From NCBI RefSeq assembly GCF_053078305.1, contig NZ_CP166879.1: a DNA stretch of 64,000 nucleotides; one strand, 5' to 3'. This document shows, piece after piece, positions 32,257 to 41,479 of the stretch. Made by a program: the position numbers and the translations under genes. Positions within the stretch are counted from its first letter, which is position 1. Each line of letters begins with the position of its first letter. Below the pieces are notes generated by a model that did not search any database, was not told the DNA's origin, and saw nothing but the letters and a program-made list of their open reading frames with translations.

Positions 32257-33332
32257 ATGTTTTCAGTCGCTATTTAATCCGTCATCTCTTTCTCGGTTTT
32301 GCCGCCGCCGCAGGGTTATTGCTGCCGCTTTTTACTACCTTCAACCTGATTAACGAACTGGATGATGTCAGCCCGGGCGGTTATCGCTGGACTCAGGCGG
32401 TGCTGGTGGTGCTGATGACCTTACCGCGTACACTGGTCGAACTTTCGCCGTTTATCGCATTATTGGGAGGGATTGTTGGCCTGGGGCAGTTATCGAAAAA
32501 CAGTGAGCTTACCGCCATTCGCAGCACGGGGTTTTCTATCTTCCGTATTGCACTGGTGGCGCTGGTTGCCGGGATATTGTGGACTGTTTCGTTAGGCGCG
32601 ATAGATGAGTGGGTGGCGTCGCCATTGCAGCAACAGGCGCTGCAAATCAAATCGACCGCCACCGCGTTAGGGGAGGACGATGACATTACCGGCAATATGC
32701 TGTGGGCCAGGCGCGGCAATGAATTTGTGACGGTGAAATCGCTGAACGAGCAGGGCCAGCCGGTGGGCGTGGAGATATTTCATTATCGCGACGATCTCTC
32801 GCTCGAATCCTACATTTATGCACGCAGTGCCACCATTAAAGACGACAAAATGTGGATCCTGCATGGTGTGAATCATAAAAAATGGCTTAACGGTAAAGAA
32901 ACGCTGGACACATCAGATAATCTTGCCTGGCAATCGGCCTTCACCAGTATGGATCTTGAAGAGCTATCGATGCCGGGGAATACTTTTTCTGTCCGTCAGC
33001 TTAATCATTACATCCATTATTTGCAGGAAACCGGGCAACCCAGCAGCGAATACCGCCTTGCACTGTGGGAAAAACTGGGGCAACCCATCCTGACCCTGGC
33101 GATGATTTTGCTGGCTGTGCCGTTTACCTTTAGTGCCCCGCGCTCGCCAGGGATGGGTAGCCGTCTCGCTGTAGGTGTCATCGTTGGCTTACTCACCTGG
33201 ATCAGCTATCAAATCATGGTCAATCTGGGATTGCTATTTGCGTTAAGCGCACCTGTTACCGCGCTCGGTTTACCGATAGCGTTCGTGCTGGTGGCGTTGA
33301 GCCTGGTGTATTGGTATGACAGACAACATTAA
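32253..33332 (+). CDS. LptF/LptG-family (YjgP/YjgQ) permease, second of a pair (359 aa)
   Basis: Start placed at MNVFSRYLIRHLF (ATGA overlap with the previous gene); SELTAIRSTGFS motif. Confidence 0.7.
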   Translation: MNVFSRYLIRHLFLGFAAAAGLLLPLFTTFNLINELDDVSPGGYRWTQAVLVVLMTLPRTLVELSPFIALLGGIVGLGQLSKNSELTAIRSTGFSIFRIALVALVAGILWTVSLGAIDEWVASPLQQQALQIKSTATALGEDDDITGNMLWARRGNEFVTVKSLNEQGQPVGVEIFHYRDDLSLESYIYARSATIKDDKMWILHGVNHKKWLNGKETLDTSDNLAWQSAFTSMDLEELSMPGNTFSVRQLNHYIHYLQETGQPSSEYRLALWEKLGQPILTLAMILLAVPFTFSAPRSPGMGSRLAVGVIVGLLTWISYQIMVNLGLLFALSAPVTALGLPIAFVLVALSLVYWYDRQH

Positions 33333-33333
33333 A

Positions 33334-33360
33334 CCCGCCGTGGCGCAACACCACGGCGGG
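33334..33360. terminator. Perfect 10-bp hairpin between convergent operons (putative bidirectional terminator)
   Basis: cccgccgtgg / ccacggcggg stem with 7-nt loop, in the 34-bp gap between the lptG-like stop and the AOS stop. Confidence 0.4.
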
Positions 33361-33366
33361 CTCACA

Positions 33367-34539
33367 TTACTGCTTCAGAGTAGCAAATGCCTGAATGATG
33401 GCATCGATTTGCTCACGACTGTGGGCAGCGTTTACGCTACAGCGCAGCAGCGTGATGCCTGCAGGCGCGGCAGGTGGCAGGATAAGATTCACATAAACGC
33501 CCAGCGAAATAAGCTCGCGCCAGATGCGTAAACCGTCCTCTTTCGAACCGATTATTACCGGCACTACCGGGCTAATATGTGAACTTAACTCATAACCCAG
33601 TTTTTGCAGACCGTCATACAGATGGTTGGCATTATCCATCAGCTTTTGCCGCAGCTCTGGTTGTGTGGCAATAGTTCTTAACGACGAGCGCACGGTCGCA
33701 ATGCAGGACGGAGAAGGAGAGGCGGTAAAAATATACGGGCGGCTGCCGTAGCGCAGCACTTCCATCGCTTCCGAACCGACAGCAAAACCGCCAATCGAGG
33801 CCAGACTTTTACTGAAGGTGCCAACGATAATATCCACATCATCTTCAACGCCAACGGCTTCAGCCAGTCCGCGCCCCGTTGCGCCTAACACGCCAAACGA
33901 ATGCGCTTCATCGACAATCAAATAACCACCGAGACGACGTTTGATATCAACAATTTCCGCTAACGGCGCAACGTCACCGAGCATGCTGTAGATACCCTCA
34001 ACGATGATAATCGCCTCTTTCGCCCGTTCACCGAGGCGAACCATGCGCCGTTCCAGATCTTTAGCATCGTTATGGCGGAAACGAATAATTTCCGCGCTAC
34101 CGAGAGAACAGGCGTCATAAATACTGGCGTGGCTGTCGGCATCCAGTAACACCACGGCGTTATGGTCGGCAAGTGCGCTGATGACGCCTAAATTAGCGGT
34201 ATAACCGGTTGAAAAAACGATAGCGGTAGGGCGATTGAAAAACGCGGCAATCTCTTTCTCTAACGCCAGGTGCGGCGCATAACTGCCGTTTGCCATACGA
34301 GAACCGGTGGTGCCGGTGCCTTGGGCCGCTAACGCTGCCTGACCTTCGGCGATGGCATCATGATTAAAGGTTAAACCGAGGTAATTATTGGTCCCGGCCA
34401 GAATCACTTTTTTATTGCCGATCCGGCCTTCGGTGGCGGAATACACTTCATCAATACAGGTGCCAAACGGTGTTAACCCGTTGTCACTAAATTGCAGTCG
34501 CTCGCCAGCAAGGCGCGCATATTTATCGTATAGCCCCAT
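33367..34539 (-). CDS. PLP-dependent alpha-oxoamine synthase (serine palmitoyltransferase / BioF / Kbl family), 390 aa
   Basis: Class-II aminotransferase pattern with probable PLP-lysine in GTFSKSLASIGG; 390 aa. Confidence 0.8.
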   Translation of the reverse strand: MGLYDKYARLAGERLQFSDNGLTPFGTCIDEVYSATEGRIGNKKVILAGTNNYLGLTFNHDAIAEGQAALAAQGTGTTGSRMANGSYAPHLALEKEIAAFFNRPTAIVFSTGYTANLGVISALADHNAVVLLDADSHASIYDACSLGSAEIIRFRHNDAKDLERRMVRLGERAKEAIIIVEGIYSMLGDVAPLAEIVDIKRRLGGYLIVDEAHSFGVLGATGRGLAEAVGVEDDVDIIVGTFSKSLASIGGFAVGSEAMEVLRYGSRPYIFTASPSPSCIATVRSSLRTIATQPELRQKLMDNANHLYDGLQKLGYELSSHISPVVPVIIGSKEDGLRIWRELISLGVYVNLILPPAAPAGITLLRCSVNAAHSREQIDAIIQAFATLKQ

Positions 34540-34787
34540 TATTTATTCTCCAGCCATGGAAGTAGAGTTTCCATTAATTGCGCAGGGGTTTTGACATCCA
34601 GCAGAATATTAATAGGAATGGAAATATCGAATCTGTCTTCCAGCATCATTAAGAGATCCATCACTTTGATCGACTCCAGGCCAAGATCGTTGACGAGATC
34701 GCTGTCGGGCTTAATTTCCACACCGTTTTCGACCAAATCCTGTAAACAGGAAAGGATGTAATCCATTACTATTTCACGATTTACCAT
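34539..34787 (-). CDS. Acyl carrier protein (82 aa)
   Basis: ACP-like phosphopantetheine-attachment motif DLGLESIKVMDL; acidic small protein; stop overlaps the AOS start. Confidence 0.75.
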   Translation of the reverse strand: MVNREIVMDYILSCLQDLVENGVEIKPDSDLVNDLGLESIKVMDLLMMLEDRFDISIPINILLDVKTPAQLMETLLPWLENK

Positions 34788-34818
34788 AGAAACGTTAACA
34801 CACCTTTAAACAAGACAA

Positions 34819-35733
34819 TCAAAATAGCCCGTTGCGTAATGCGTGTTCCAGGCTAATCCCGGGAAACCAATTAATATCTTCAGAAATACGGTTATTACTT
34901 GCCGACCAGTCGGCGTGGGTTAATTCACGAATTTTCGAGCGGGTCAGCATAGGTTCTTTACCTGCCAGGCGACTCAACGCGGTACTGATATCCGCAAGGC
35001 AGGTGAGTACCGGCAGAGGAATGCCAACCATCCGCACAGAACCACAACGGGCGTCGGCGGCAAGCTGTCGTACGCGTTGCCAGTCATAGCCGCCAGCGAC
35101 GCCATCGCATAATTCATAGGTTTGCGTCTGTACAGTTTCGGCGCTTAACCACTGACCCACTGCTTGCGCAAAATCGGTGACGTGCAGGAAAGAGAGTTGT
35201 GTATCTGGCGCACCAAGTCGTGGCAGCAGGCCGCGCAGCATCCAATCAAACAGCGGTTTTAACTCTTTATCGCCGGGACCATACACGGCTGTCGGGCGAA
35301 AAACGCCCAGCGTAATTTTGTCAGCCATTGCAGTCAGCCGTTGTTCGGCGACGTATTTGGAATTTGCGTACCAGGAGAGTTCGGGATGGCGCGCCGCCAG
35401 CGAAGAGATAAACAGAAAACGTTGGCAAAAGCCGCTCTCTTTTGCTGCTTGCATCAGGCGCAGGCTGCCGTCAACGTTACAGTGGGTAAAAATCTCTTCT
35501 TTGTGTCCGCGCACTTGCCCGGCGCAATGGACCACCGCGCTGGCTCCGGCAACCAGTTCGCTAAGCGAATGTGTATCTTCCAGCGAACCGCGCACCCAAG
35601 TAAGATTATCATTGACGTGAGCGCGGGCAGTACGCGTCAATGCGCGAACGTGAAAGCCGCGGGCGAGCAGGTTATCGATAATATATTTACCGATAAACCC
35701 GGTAGCGCCCGTCACCGCGACAGTTTGATTCAT
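34819..35733 (-). CDS. NAD(P)-dependent epimerase/dehydratase-family reductase (SDR), 304 aa
   Basis: Rossmann motif VTGATGFIGKY and catalytic YxxxK (YANSK). Confidence 0.75.
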   Translation of the reverse strand: MNQTVAVTGATGFIGKYIIDNLLARGFHVRALTRTARAHVNDNLTWVRGSLEDTHSLSELVAGASAVVHCAGQVRGHKEEIFTHCNVDGSLRLMQAAKESGFCQRFLFISSLAARHPELSWYANSKYVAEQRLTAMADKITLGVFRPTAVYGPGDKELKPLFDWMLRGLLPRLGAPDTQLSFLHVTDFAQAVGQWLSAETVQTQTYELCDGVAGGYDWQRVRQLAADARCGSVRMVGIPLPVLTCLADISTALSRLAGKEPMLTRSKIRELTHADWSASNNRISEDINWFPGISLEHALRNGLF

Positions 35734-37460
35734 GCCAGGGATTCCTGCACATGAAGACTGGCAGCATAAGCCTTCTGATAACGTTTTTTCGCTTCCGCAC
35801 GGGCAGGCTTGCCGGAGGACGTTCGGGGAATACTGTGGGGCGGCAACAGATCGATAGCCGCGGTCACGCCAAATTCGCTTTGGATCCGTGCCGCCAGCGC
35901 GTGGATAAGCTGCCCGCGACGTTCTTCATCGCTGATCCGACACTGGATCTGCAAAATGATTTTTTCCTGGGCGGTAACAAAAGCAATCGCATCGCCAGAA
36001 TGAATTTCCGGTTCCTGTTCCGCTATATATTCAATATCCTGCGGCCAGATATTACGGCCACGAATAATAATCAGATCTTTAATGCGTCCGGTGACATACA
36101 GATAACCGTCCAGCAGATAACCGAGGTCGCCAGTGTCTAACCAGCCCGTCGCGGCAATCTCGTCTTGCGAAGCCTGGTCGCCAAAGTAACCGCTCATCAG
36201 ACTGGGACCGGAGATGCAAATATGGCCTACCACACGTTCCGCGACCGGCATACCTGCTTCATTGCGGATTTCAATACCATGTTCCGGCAACGCTTTGCCG
36301 CAGTTGACGAAAGTCGATACGGCGCGTGTCTCTGCACCCGGCGCGACGGCTTTACCCTGATATTCGAGGATGTCGCGATCCACTTCGTTAACCACAACCC
36401 CGGAGGCTTCATCAGAGAAGCTGACAGCCAGCGCATTTTCTGCCAGTCCGTAGCACGGCATGAAAGTTTTATTGTCAAAGTTAACCTGACGGAAACATTC
36501 AGCGAATTGATGGAGTTGTTCTGCGGAGATGGGTTCTGCACCAATACCAGCGACGCGCCAGCAGGAAAGATCCAGTTCAGCGAGATCTTTTTCATTCACG
36601 CGGCGCTGGCACAATTCATAGCCAAACGGCGGCGCAACGGAAACGGTGCCGCGATTTTTACTGATCAATTTAAGCCATTGCAGAGGACGCATGGCAAAAT
36701 CCTGAGTGCGCAAATAATCTACTGAAAGTTGCGTGGCGACCGGGGTCAGGAGAAAGCCGACCAGTCCCATATCATGGTAGAAAGGCAGCCAGGAGACGCA
36801 GCGGTCGCCAGGGCGTAATTTAATGCCGTCGTGGCTTATAGCACGTAGATTAGCCATCACTTCGCGATGGGTGATAATGACGCCACGGGGAAAACGGGTG
36901 CTGCCGGAGGTGTACTGGAGGTAGGCGATATCGTTCGGAACTGGACGCTGGAGCGCAACATCAGCTTCCGGTAATGCCTTAAACCAGGCGTGGCTTAATA
37001 CATGCAATTCGGGGTTGTTATGCGTGGCGGCATTGACCAGCGGCAACCACTCATCACCAGTGATAATGGCAGCGGGCTGGCAACTTGCCAGTAAACCCTG
37101 CAGTTTGGCGCTCCAGGAATCCCGCTGACCGACGCCCATTGGAATCGCCAACGGGACGGCGACTAAGCCGGCATACTGGCAGGAAAAAAAAGCCTCTACG
37201 AACCCGCTACTGGTTTCGGCAATCAGCGCCACGCGATCGCCTTTTTTCAGGTTCAGCGATAACAACCGCTTCGCACCAGCTTCGGCACGTGCTTTTAACG
37301 TCTGATATTCCAGTTGATCTTCAAGTTGGCAACGTCTGTCATAAAAATTCATTCCGGCGCTACTCAGAGCGGCGTAGTCCAAAGCATCAACCAGCGTTGG
37401 AAAATCGGCATAGCGCATAGGTAGGGAATGCGTAAAGATTTTATTAGACATATACACCAC
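35730..37460 (-). CDS. Fatty acyl-AMP ligase / acyl-ACP synthetase-like adenylating enzyme, about 573-576 aa
   Basis: AMP-binding core motif YLQYTSGSTRFPRGVIITH; ATGA overlap with the downstream SDR; start is GTG 37460 or ATG 37451. Confidence 0.8.
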   Translation of the reverse strand: MVYMSNKIFTHSLPMRYADFPTLVDALDYAALSSAGMNFYDRRCQLEDQLEYQTLKARAEAGAKRLLSLNLKKGDRVALIAETSSGFVEAFFSCQYAGLVAVPLAIPMGVGQRDSWSAKLQGLLASCQPAAIITGDEWLPLVNAATHNNPELHVLSHAWFKALPEADVALQRPVPNDIAYLQYTSGSTRFPRGVIITHREVMANLRAISHDGIKLRPGDRCVSWLPFYHDMGLVGFLLTPVATQLSVDYLRTQDFAMRPLQWLKLISKNRGTVSVAPPFGYELCQRRVNEKDLAELDLSCWRVAGIGAEPISAEQLHQFAECFRQVNFDNKTFMPCYGLAENALAVSFSDEASGVVVNEVDRDILEYQGKAVAPGAETRAVSTFVNCGKALPEHGIEIRNEAGMPVAERVVGHICISGPSLMSGYFGDQASQDEIAATGWLDTGDLGYLLDGYLYVTGRIKDLIIIRGRNIWPQDIEYIAEQEPEIHSGDAIAFVTAQEKIILQIQCRISDEERRGQLIHALAARIQSEFGVTAAIDLLPPHSIPRTSSGKPARAEAKKRYQKAYAASLHVQESLA

Positions 37461-37814
37461 GAAAAAATTGGATATCCAAAATAAAATGACAATAATGCGG
37501 TGGATTATATAGGTATAAAAGATAAATGAGATAGTATTTTCATTGGTGTGATATTGAACATTGATTAAAATAATGCTTTAAATCTTAACTCTGTTTATTG
37601 TGAATAATATTTAATTTATGAATATATTAAGATAATGCCCTGGTGGGTCGCATTAAATCCACAATAGTCATGTTGATCGGCTAACGGTGGCGCTGGTGTA
37701 TCGTAATTATTCATAAATATTATTTTATTTTTCCTTATATTCATTGCGTGGATAGTTAAGGTACCGTCCGTTGCTGTTTATTTTCAGCATTAATTATTTG
37801 TTATCCACTAAGCT

Positions 37815-38957
37815 ATGGAATGCGATCTGCTGATGATTCAAATTGAAAAAGTAACTAATAAAAATGACCTTAAGGCATTTATCGCTTTTCCGTCATCACT
37901 TTATCCCGACGATCCAAACTGGATACCCCCTTTATTCATTGAACGCAACGAGCATTTGTCTGTGAAAAATCCGGGGACGGACCATATCATCTGGCAGGCG
38001 TGGGTGGCAAAAATAGCCGGGCAGATAGTTGGGCGTATTACCGCGCAAATCGATACCTTACACCGCGAGCGTTACGGCGAAGATACCGGTCATTTCGGCA
38101 TGATTGACGGCATTGATGATCCGCAGGTTTTTGCCGCGTTGTTTGGCGCAGCGGAAGCGTGGTTGAAGTCACAAGGTGCAAGTAAGATCAGCGGTCCTTT
38201 CAGCCTGAATATCAATCAGGAAAGCGGATTACTGATTGAAGGTTTCGATACACCACCCTGTGCGATGATGCCACACGGCAAACCGTGGTATGCCGTGCAT
38301 ATTGAACAATTGGGTTATCACAAAGGCATTGATTTACTGGCGTGGTGGATGCAGCGAACCGATCTCACTTTCTCTCCGGCGCTAAAAAAACTGATGGATC
38401 AGGTGCGCAAAAAGGTGACCATTCGCTGCATCAATCGCCAGCGGTTTGCCGAAGAGATGCAGATCCTGCGTGAGATTTTCAACTCTGGCTGGCAGCACAA
38501 CTGGGGATTTGTGCCGTTTACCGAACATGAATTCGCGACCATGGGCGACCAACTTAAATATCTGGTGCCGGACGATATGATCTACATCGCTGAGATTGAT
38601 TCTGCACCCTGCGCGTTTATTGTCGGCTTGCCGAACATCAACGAGGCGATTGCCGATCTGAACGGATCGCTCTTTCCCTTCGGCTGGGCAAAATTGCTGT
38701 GGCGTTTGAAAGTCAGCGGTGTGCGAACTGCGCGAGTGCCGCTGATGGGCGTGCGGGACGAGTATCAGTTCAGCCGCATCGGCCCGGTGATTGCGCTGTT
38801 ATTGATTGAAGCCTTACGCGATCCGTTTGCCCGCCGGAAGATCGATGCGCTGGAGATGTCATGGATCCTCGAAACCAATACAGGCATGAATAACATGCTG
38901 GAACGCATTGGGGCGGAGCCGTACAAGCGTTACCGATTGTATGAAAAGCAGATTTAA
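37815..38957 (+). CDS. yghO: YghO-family protein (380 aa), candidate N-acyltransferase; intact here
   Basis: 380-aa ORF divergent from the acyl-AMP ligase operon and convergent with glcC; functional class inferred from context and recalled family assignment, no motif verified by eye. Confidence 0.6.
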   Translation: MECDLLMIQIEKVTNKNDLKAFIAFPSSLYPDDPNWIPPLFIERNEHLSVKNPGTDHIIWQAWVAKIAGQIVGRITAQIDTLHRERYGEDTGHFGMIDGIDDPQVFAALFGAAEAWLKSQGASKISGPFSLNINQESGLLIEGFDTPPCAMMPHGKPWYAVHIEQLGYHKGIDLLAWWMQRTDLTFSPALKKLMDQVRKKVTIRCINRQRFAEEMQILREIFNSGWQHNWGFVPFTEHEFATMGDQLKYLVPDDMIYIAEIDSAPCAFIVGLPNINEAIADLNGSLFPFGWAKLLWRLKVSGVRTARVPLMGVRDEYQFSRIGPVIALLLIEALRDPFARRKIDALEMSWILETNTGMNNMLERIGAEPYKRYRLYEKQI

Positions 38958-38963
38958 TACCAG

Positions 38964-39728
38964 CTAACTCAGGTTCATCTCCAGCGGCACCGCCGAGCGA
39001 ATCAAATGGTGGCCTTCCAGCTCGATATCGTGGAGATTCTTTTTCACGGTCCGCACATGATCGCGTGCTGCGCGCTGGGCGACGTGCGGCAGCCGCTGCA
39101 ACACCGCGTTGTAGATCCGCGCATGCTGGCGATCGATCTGCTTTTTTTGCTGTGGTCGATGGTAGAGATTATTTACGCTGGCAAACACTGAATTAAACAT
39201 CAGGTCAGTCAATGATTGCAGCGTAAACACCAGCACCTGATTGTGAGAAGCCTGACAAATGGCGAGATGGAAAGCGTGATCCAACTGCGCATGTTCGATC
39301 AGCGAAATCTCTTTGTTGTTCTCACTGGCGGCGAGCATTTTTTCATAACAGCGGGTTATCACAACAAAATCAGCCTGCGTTCCCAGCGTTGCCGCCAGCC
39401 TTGCCGATTCGCCCTCCAGCAATGCGCGAACGTCGAGCAGATCGTACAGCGTTCGCGGCTGCGTACTGAACAGATGGATCAGCGGGCTGGTGTCCTGCAC
39501 CCGATTAAGCCGTGCGACACGAGAATCGCGACCCTGCGCCGTTTCAATAATCCCGCGCCCGCGCAGCACGGTCAGCCCTTCACGCAGTGCGGAGCGTGAG
39601 AACCCGAGCTTTTCACACAGTCGACGTTCCGAGGGAAGCGGCTGACCGACCTTCAGTACGCCGTCGATAATTAACCGTTCGATACTCTCTGCAACCACTT
39701 CGCAAATAGGGCGACGTTCATCTTTCAT
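38964..39728 (-). CDS. glcC: GntR/FadR-family glycolate operon activator GlcC (254 aa)
   Basis: Start placed at MKDERRPICEVVAESIERLI; the track ORF is extended 20 codons. Confidence 0.9.
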   Translation of the reverse strand: MKDERRPICEVVAESIERLIIDGVLKVGQPLPSERRLCEKLGFSRSALREGLTVLRGRGIIETAQGRDSRVARLNRVQDTSPLIHLFSTQPRTLYDLLDVRALLEGESARLAATLGTQADFVVITRCYEKMLAASENNKEISLIEHAQLDHAFHLAICQASHNQVLVFTLQSLTDLMFNSVFASVNNLYHRPQQKKQIDRQHARIYNAVLQRLPHVAQRAARDHVRTVKKNLHDIELEGHHLIRSAVPLEMNLS

Positions 39729-39979
39729 TCCCGGACCTCGTGCACAGGTAGGACCAATTTTTCTGTTCTTAACTCGCAAAACACGCACATCACGTAAGTG
39801 ATTATGTTACATCAATTTAACATTGAGTTAACCAAGACAAGGTCACAGAGCTGGAAAAAAAAATGGTCTGACCGGTAGCTAAAGAGATAGACGAAAACGA
39901 AAAGCCCGCTTAATAACTGTTCACAGAAGCAGCGCGCAAAAATCAGCTGCCACACAACATAACAAAGCGAAGCCTACTC

Positions 39980-41479
39980 ATGAGCATCTTGTACGAAGAG
40001 CGTCTTGATGGCGCTTTACCCGATGTCGACCGCACATCGGTACTGATGGCACTGCGTGAGCATGTCCCTGGACTTGAGATCCTGCATACCGATGAGGAGA
40101 TCATTCCTTACGAGTGTGACGGGTTGAGCGCGTATCGCACGCGTCCATTACTGGTTGTTCTGCCTAAGCAGATGGAACAGGTGACATCGATTCTGGCTGT
40201 CTGCCACCGCCTGCGTGTACCGGTGGTGACCCGTGGTGCAGGCACCGGGCTTTCTGGTGGCGCGCTGCCGCTGGAAAAAGGTGTGTTGTTGGTGATGGCG
40301 CGCTTTAAAGAGATCCTCGACATTAACCCCGTTGGTCGCCGCGCGCGCGTGCAGCCAGGCGTGCGTAACCTGGCGATCTCCCAGGCCGTTGCACCGCATA
40401 ATCTCTACTACGCACCGGACCCTTCCTCACAAATCGCCTGTTCCATTGGCGGCAACGTGGCAGAAAATGCCGGCGGCGTCCACTGCCTGAAATATGGTCT
40501 GACCGTACATAACCTGCTGAAAATTGAAGTGCAAACGCTGGATGGCGAGGCACTGACGCTGGGATCGGATGCGCTGGATTCGCCTGGTTTTGACCTGCTG
40601 GCGCTGTTCACCGGATCGGAAGGTATGCTCGGCGTGACCACCGAAGTAACGGTGAAGCTGTTGCCGAAGCCGCCCGTGGCGCGGGTTCTGTTAGCCAGCT
40701 TTGACTCGGTAGAAAAAGCCGGACTTGCAGTTGGTGACATCATCGCCAATGGCATTATCCCCGGCGGGCTGGAGATGATGGATAACCTGTCGATCCGCGC
40801 GGCGGAAGATTTTATTCATGCCGGTTATCCCGTCGACGCCGAAGCGATTTTGTTATGCGAGCTGGACGGCGTGGAGTCTGACGTACAGGAAGACTGCGAG
40901 CGGGTCAACGACATCTTGTTGAAAGCGGGCGCGACTGACGTCCGTCTGGCACAGGACGAAGCAGAGCGCGTACGTTTCTGGGCCGGTCGCAAAAATGCGT
41001 TCCCGGCGGTAGGACGTATCTCCCCGGATTACTACTGCATGGATGGCACCATCCCGCGTCGCGCCCTGCCTGGCGTACTGGAAGGCATTGCCCGTTTATC
41101 GCAGCAATATGATTTACGTGTTGCCAACGTCTTTCATGCCGGAGATGGCAACATGCACCCGTTAATCCTTTTCGATGCCAACGAACCCGGTGAATTTGCC
41201 CGCGCGGAAGAGCTGGGCGGGAAGATCCTCGAACTCTGCGTTGAAGTTGGCGGCAGCATCAGTGGGGAACATGGCATCGGGCGAGAAAAAATCAATCAAA
41301 TGTGCGCCCAGTTCAACAGCGATGAAATCACGACCTTCCATGCGGTCAAGGCGGCGTTTGACCCCGATGGTTTGCTGAACCCTGGGAAAAACATTCCCAC
41401 GCTACACCGCTGTGCTGAATTTGGTGCCATGCATGTGCATCACGGTCATTTACCTTTCCCTGAACTGGAGCGTTTCTGA
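39980..41479 (+). CDS. glcD: Glycolate oxidase FAD-binding subunit GlcD (499 aa)
   Basis: 499-aa FAD-linked oxidase ORF; first gene of the glc operon. Confidence 0.9.
   Translation: MSILYEERLDGALPDVDRTSVLMALREHVPGLEILHTDEEIIPYECDGLSAYRTRPLLVVLPKQMEQVTSILAVCHRLRVPVVTRGAGTGLSGGALPLEKGVLLVMARFKEILDINPVGRRARVQPGVRNLAISQAVAPHNLYYAPDPSSQIACSIGGNVAENAGGVHCLKYGLTVHNLLKIEVQTLDGEALTLGSDALDSPGFDLLALFTGSEGMLGVTTEVTVKLLPKPPVARVLLASFDSVEKAGLAVGDIIANGIIPGGLEMMDNLSIRAAEDFIHAGYPVDAEAILLCELDGVESDVQEDCERVNDILLKAGATDVRLAQDEAERVRFWAGRKNAFPAVGRISPDYYCMDGTIPRRALPGVLEGIARLSQQYDLRVANVFHAGDGNMHPLILFDANEPGEFARAEELGGKILELCVEVGGSISGEHGIGREKINQMCAQFNSDEITTFHAVKAAFDPDGLLNPGKNIPTLHRCAEFGAMHVHHGHLPFPELERF

Noticed and set aside
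29759..38957. Possibility that the whole yghQ-glcC block is a recently acquired genomic island or prophage
   Set aside because: No integrase, tRNA or flanking direct repeats, and coding GC content and codon style match the surrounding core genes. More likely an ancestral E. coli locus that K-12 has lost.
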